This document shows positions 32,201-33,839 of a DNA stretch of 33,839 bases, one piece after another. This DNA comes from Candidatus Saccharibacteria bacterium RIFCSPHIGHO2_02_FULL_47_12 (GTDB lineage: Bacteria > Patescibacteriota > Saccharimonadia > Saccharimonadales > JANWIN01). A program made the position numbers and the translations under genes. Every line of letters starts with the position of its first letter. Position 1 is the stretch's first letter. The stretch lies in assembly GCA_001790455.1 (NCBI GenBank), contig MGCP01000036.1:353-34191 (forward strand), in the 5' to 3' direction. The notes under the pieces are model-generated. The model had not been told where the DNA came from. It ran no database searches and saw only the letters and a program-made list of their open reading frames with translations.

Positions 32201-33839
32201 CTTGCAGGTAGGGGGCAACTTCTATATAGAGAGCGCTTCTATAAACAGTGTGGCGGGGGCCATAAAAGGCAAAACAGGCCAAGTGTCTGATTTGTTCCAG
32301 CTAGAAGACAGTAATGGTGTAGACGTAGTGACCTTTGGTGCTACCGGAAACTTGCTGGTCAAGCCGTCTACAAACTCTGCCAGTGCATTTCAGGTTCAAG
32401 ACTCGACAGGCAACAACTATATCGCGGCAGATACATCAGGCGGCGCGGTTAACCTATGTAATTCTGCCAATTGCGACACTGTGTCCATCGGCACCAACGC
32501 CGACGCCGATGCCATTAACATAGGCGACAGCCTAGACACCCTTACTCTCACTGGCAGCAGTGCCAGCACTATAGTCCTAAATGGCATAACCGTCTCTGCC
32601 GCCGAGCTAAACCTTCTAGACGGCCACGACGTAGCCCTGGTAGACATAAACGACGCCGTAAATACAGCCATAATTGGCACTGGTGCCCTAAACGTCGGTT
32701 CTATAACCTCTGGTTTTGGTTCCATAGACACCGGAAGCGACAACATCACCACCACCGGCACAGTCTATGGCAACAACTTTGACCGATCTAGTGTTGGAGG
32801 ACTAACCTTAGGTACCACAAATGCCAATGCGGTAACGGTTAGCAATAGTGGAGCCACAACCACTATCAATGGTGCCTCGGTTTCTATATCCAGTAGTGGC
32901 TTTCTTGCCTCTACTACTATTACGGGCGCGCTAACTCTAAATCTTGGTAATGCGACAACGACGGTTATTAATCAACGGTCGTCTGGAGGTGGCGTTATTG
33001 GTATTGGCGACAACGCTGTAGCTAATACCATCTATATCGGCGCCAACGGTGTCAACACAGGCAATACTCAGACAATTTTACTTGGTGCTCTCGGTGCGGC
33101 TGGCACTACCAACGTCACTATCGGTAGTAACAACAACGCCACAGCAGGTACTACTACCATCCAATCAAAAGGCACACTGGCAGTTGGGAATACTATTTCA
33201 CCCACCATCAACATCCAGGGTGGCGCAGCTGGCACCATTGGCATTGGTAATAATGCTGTAGCCAATACCATCCAAATTGGCGCCACCTCTACCGGTGGCA
33301 ATACGCAAACAGTCAACATTGGCACCAACAACGCCGCCGGCACTACCAATGTCACAATTGGCACAGGATCATCCGCCACCGCCGGTACCACTACCATCCA
33401 ATCAAAAGGTGCTCTGGCGCTCGGTAATAGTATCAGCTCATCTATCGCTATCCAGGGTACTGTAGACGGTGGTGGCATAAGTATTGGCACCTCTAATACA
33501 ACCGCCGGCATTGCGCTTGGTGGTAGCACCCAAACAGGTACGATTACCATTGGGCAGTCACTGGTTACGAATACCATTAATATTGGTGCTGCTGGGTCCA
33601 GTTTTGGTACGCAGACTATCAATATTGGCAATACTTCTAATGGGGGCGCTATTGTAAACACAACTTTAGGATACGCGGGCGCCAATAGCACGTCCCCAAC
33701 TGCTTCGGCAACAGTTATCCAATCAGGGAGTGGCAATATCAAACTCAATGCCAATGGTGGTAGTGTGCTGGTTCAAAATTCTACCAACAGCAATACTGCG
33801 TTTATGATCCAGAACGCCAATGCTAGCAATACCATATTC
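29265..33839 (+). CDS. Giant repetitive cell-surface protein, 3'-truncated by the window end (at least 1525 codons)
   Basis: I translated it by hand in the frame of ATG 29265. An in-frame TAA lies at 29235, and I found no stop through 33839. MTKTCQACNTVFEGRRHAKTCSDKCRKRMQR is a Cys4 motif. It is followed by ~240 aa rich in P/Q, then KKRLFKVNKTLVK plus the TM helix LAGVAALLTLLVGGWGLYIG (~30267-30326), then G/T/N/S/A-rich repeat modules. The ORF is absent from the track, presumably because it has no stop in the window. Confidence 0.9.
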   Translation, partial: MTKTCQACNTVFEGRRHAKTCSDKCRKRMQRLAQAAAQELERVEVRAENTVRDVAREVRRDVQTIETSLGKVAGSQAGFAAIAEPLVAPGVAKQAYQTPSQPRQTQIASSQPVAQTPTIPSPSPEADVTPNIVSDLPVAPAPKQSVPQPKPVEQTVQIVHEPISQPAAAPPPITNTARLGIDVVPAKPNQPVPAPQPNSSYKSVDPDYILTPVDSNAGVSNLAKPAQTQPKPPVQPAVTPLTGQAQPQSVTIPTPQIPVSTSLPEAESLESQTVAEQKPDQAFAGASSQDSQQNTFASQFQPQSQTEAKSSQPEASGLVKAKKRLFKVNKTLVKLAGVAALLTLLVGGWGLYIGDHTRPDTGSVTQSIPEQTLGLSASEIARLSGDFPYNQQQQLLVQGDGIFTGNLTAANFVGGGAGLTSLNASNISSGTISADRLPDNVTLLGDSIPLANLQGSVVSSLNNVTNNGGNINLVAGANITITADDATDAITISADLLGGGSSFGDIFNNGQTGPVRIGTNDATSTILETNDTDRLTIDSSGTFTFNGSASSNIVFGGVTVSAAELNLLDGHDVALVDVNDAVNTAIIGTGALNVGSITSGFGSIDTGSDNITTTGTVFGNNFDRSSAGGLTFGDTNASSVSICNSASCDTVTIGTNTDADIISIGDGSDTLNLTAATTTVSGHTSGAANALVVTNSTSTGNILVLNDNITTVATVADGGAVTFQNSADSAAALRILNAAGTGIITADTSAGTVKLGTSGSLTGGLVFQHAVGAGSIVLLGDNPGASSYTITLPAATGSVCLTSGNCAGVGGTGDLLNNGQPGAIRVGTNDATSLFLETNNTDRLTITSAGNATYVGGTTGDALTISNSTSTGNILVLQDNLTNVLTIADGGAATFQNSVDSTTGFRVLDLDGGNPVLNVDTLNERVGIGLSNPGYALDINGDLNLQLGNAFRIGGTAICTSGGCAAEAGSANYIQNSASLQVGGNFYIESASINSVAGAIKGKTGQVSDLFQLEDSNGVDVVTFGATGNLLVKPSTNSASAFQVQDSTGNNYIAADTSGGAVNLCNSANCDTVSIGTNADADAINIGDSLDTLTLTGSSASTIVLNGITVSAAELNLLDGHDVALVDINDAVNTAIIGTGALNVGSITSGFGSIDTGSDNITTTGTVYGNNFDRSSVGGLTLGTTNANAVTVSNSGATTTINGASVSISSSGFLASTTITGALTLNLGNATTTVINQRSSGGGVIGIGDNAVANTIYIGANGVNTGNTQTILLGALGAAGTTNVTIGSNNNATAGTTTIQSKGTLAVGNTISPTINIQGGAAGTIGIGNNAVANTIQIGATSTGGNTQTVNIGTNNAAGTTNVTIGTGSSATAGTTTIQSKGALALGNSISSSIAIQGTVDGGGISIGTSNTTAGIALGGSTQTGTITIGQSLVTNTINIGAAGSSFGTQTINIGNTSNGGAIVNTTLGYAGANSTSPTASATVIQSGSGNIKLNANGGSVLVQNSTNSNTAFMIQNANASNTIF
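30942..31174 (+). repeat. Intragenic repeat A1 (VSAAELNLLDGHDVALVD.NDAVNTAIIGTGALNVGSITSGFGSIDTGSDNITTTG..)
   Basis: ~93% nt identity to 32592-32824, including identical runs of 54, 34 and 59 bp. The offset is exactly 1650 bp (550 codons). Confidence 0.9.
32592..32824 (+). repeat. Intragenic repeat A2
   Basis: Partner of 30942-31174. Confidence 0.9.
33000..33479 (+). repeat. Tandem ~237-240-bp (79-80 aa) repeat units, with a third degenerate unit to ~33750
   Basis: Unit starts are GGTATTGGCGACAACGCTGTAGCTAATACCATC (33000) and GGCATTGGTAATAATGCTGTAGCCAATACCATC (33240). A shared 20-mer ACTACCATCCAATCAAAAGG occurs at 33153 and 33390. Confidence 0.85.

Noticed and set aside
30942-32824. Diversity-generating retroelement (TR/VR pair) as an explanation for the near-identical repeats
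   Set aside because: The mismatches between the copies are mixed transitions and transversions at all four bases, not adenine-specific. No reverse transcriptase or accessory gene is in the window. Both copies are in-frame parts of one gene.
30428-33754. Long - strand ORFs in the track (30428-31300, 31310-31519, 31625-31816, 31823-32026, 32417-32761, 33068-33754) and + strand frame-1 ORFs (32335-32523, 33049-33261, 33277-33465)
   Set aside because: They are shadow ORFs of the giant + strand frame-0 gene. Their translations are low-complexity (P/A/V/L/S-rich) with no starts supported by promoters or SDs. The frame-0 product has coherent modular repeats and a TM helix.

Overview
This window looks like a small-genome bacterium (roughly 47% GC by eye) using the standard genetic code. 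Gene content and order suggest Patescibacteria/CPR, possibly Saccharibacteria: short IF-2, stand-alone YqeY, lid-less Adk, class II NrdJ, type-2 IleRS, and many overlapping stop/start codons. That assignment is inference only. The window has four parts. (1) 1-1681 holds the 3' ~1.4 kb of 23S rRNA, which carries an AT-rich structured expansion, followed by 5S rRNA and a terminator. (2) ~1690-5500 is an accessory islet with a one-gene GGCT-like cassette bracketed by a 54-bp duplication of the csaA 3' end, an NTase-csaA operon, a DinJ/YafQ-type toxin-antitoxin pair and a membrane-anchored M23-like protein. A ~25-nt motif occurs four times at the cassette borders. (3) 5600-27850 is a housekeeping block: KGG stress protein, ROK kinase, rpsA, infB, fmt, def, priA, rpsU, yqeY, adk, map, ftsA, ftsZ, nrdR, nrdJ, ileS and rplU. 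(4) 27850-33839 holds a membrane-protein gene and a giant + strand ORF of at least 1525 codons that is missing from the supplied ORF track. That ORF starts at 29265 and runs off the window end. It encodes an N-terminal Cys4 zinc-ribbon-like motif, a P/Q-rich region, one TM helix and a highly repetitive extracellular region resembling tail fibres or beta-solenoids. Both genes in part 4 sit behind near-identical promoters embedded in phased GTCAC direct repeats. This is my best candidate for an undescribed co-regulated cell-surface system. I found no tRNA, CRISPR array, integrase, transposase or reverse transcriptase. All calls rest on by-eye motif recognition, with no database search or folding program.
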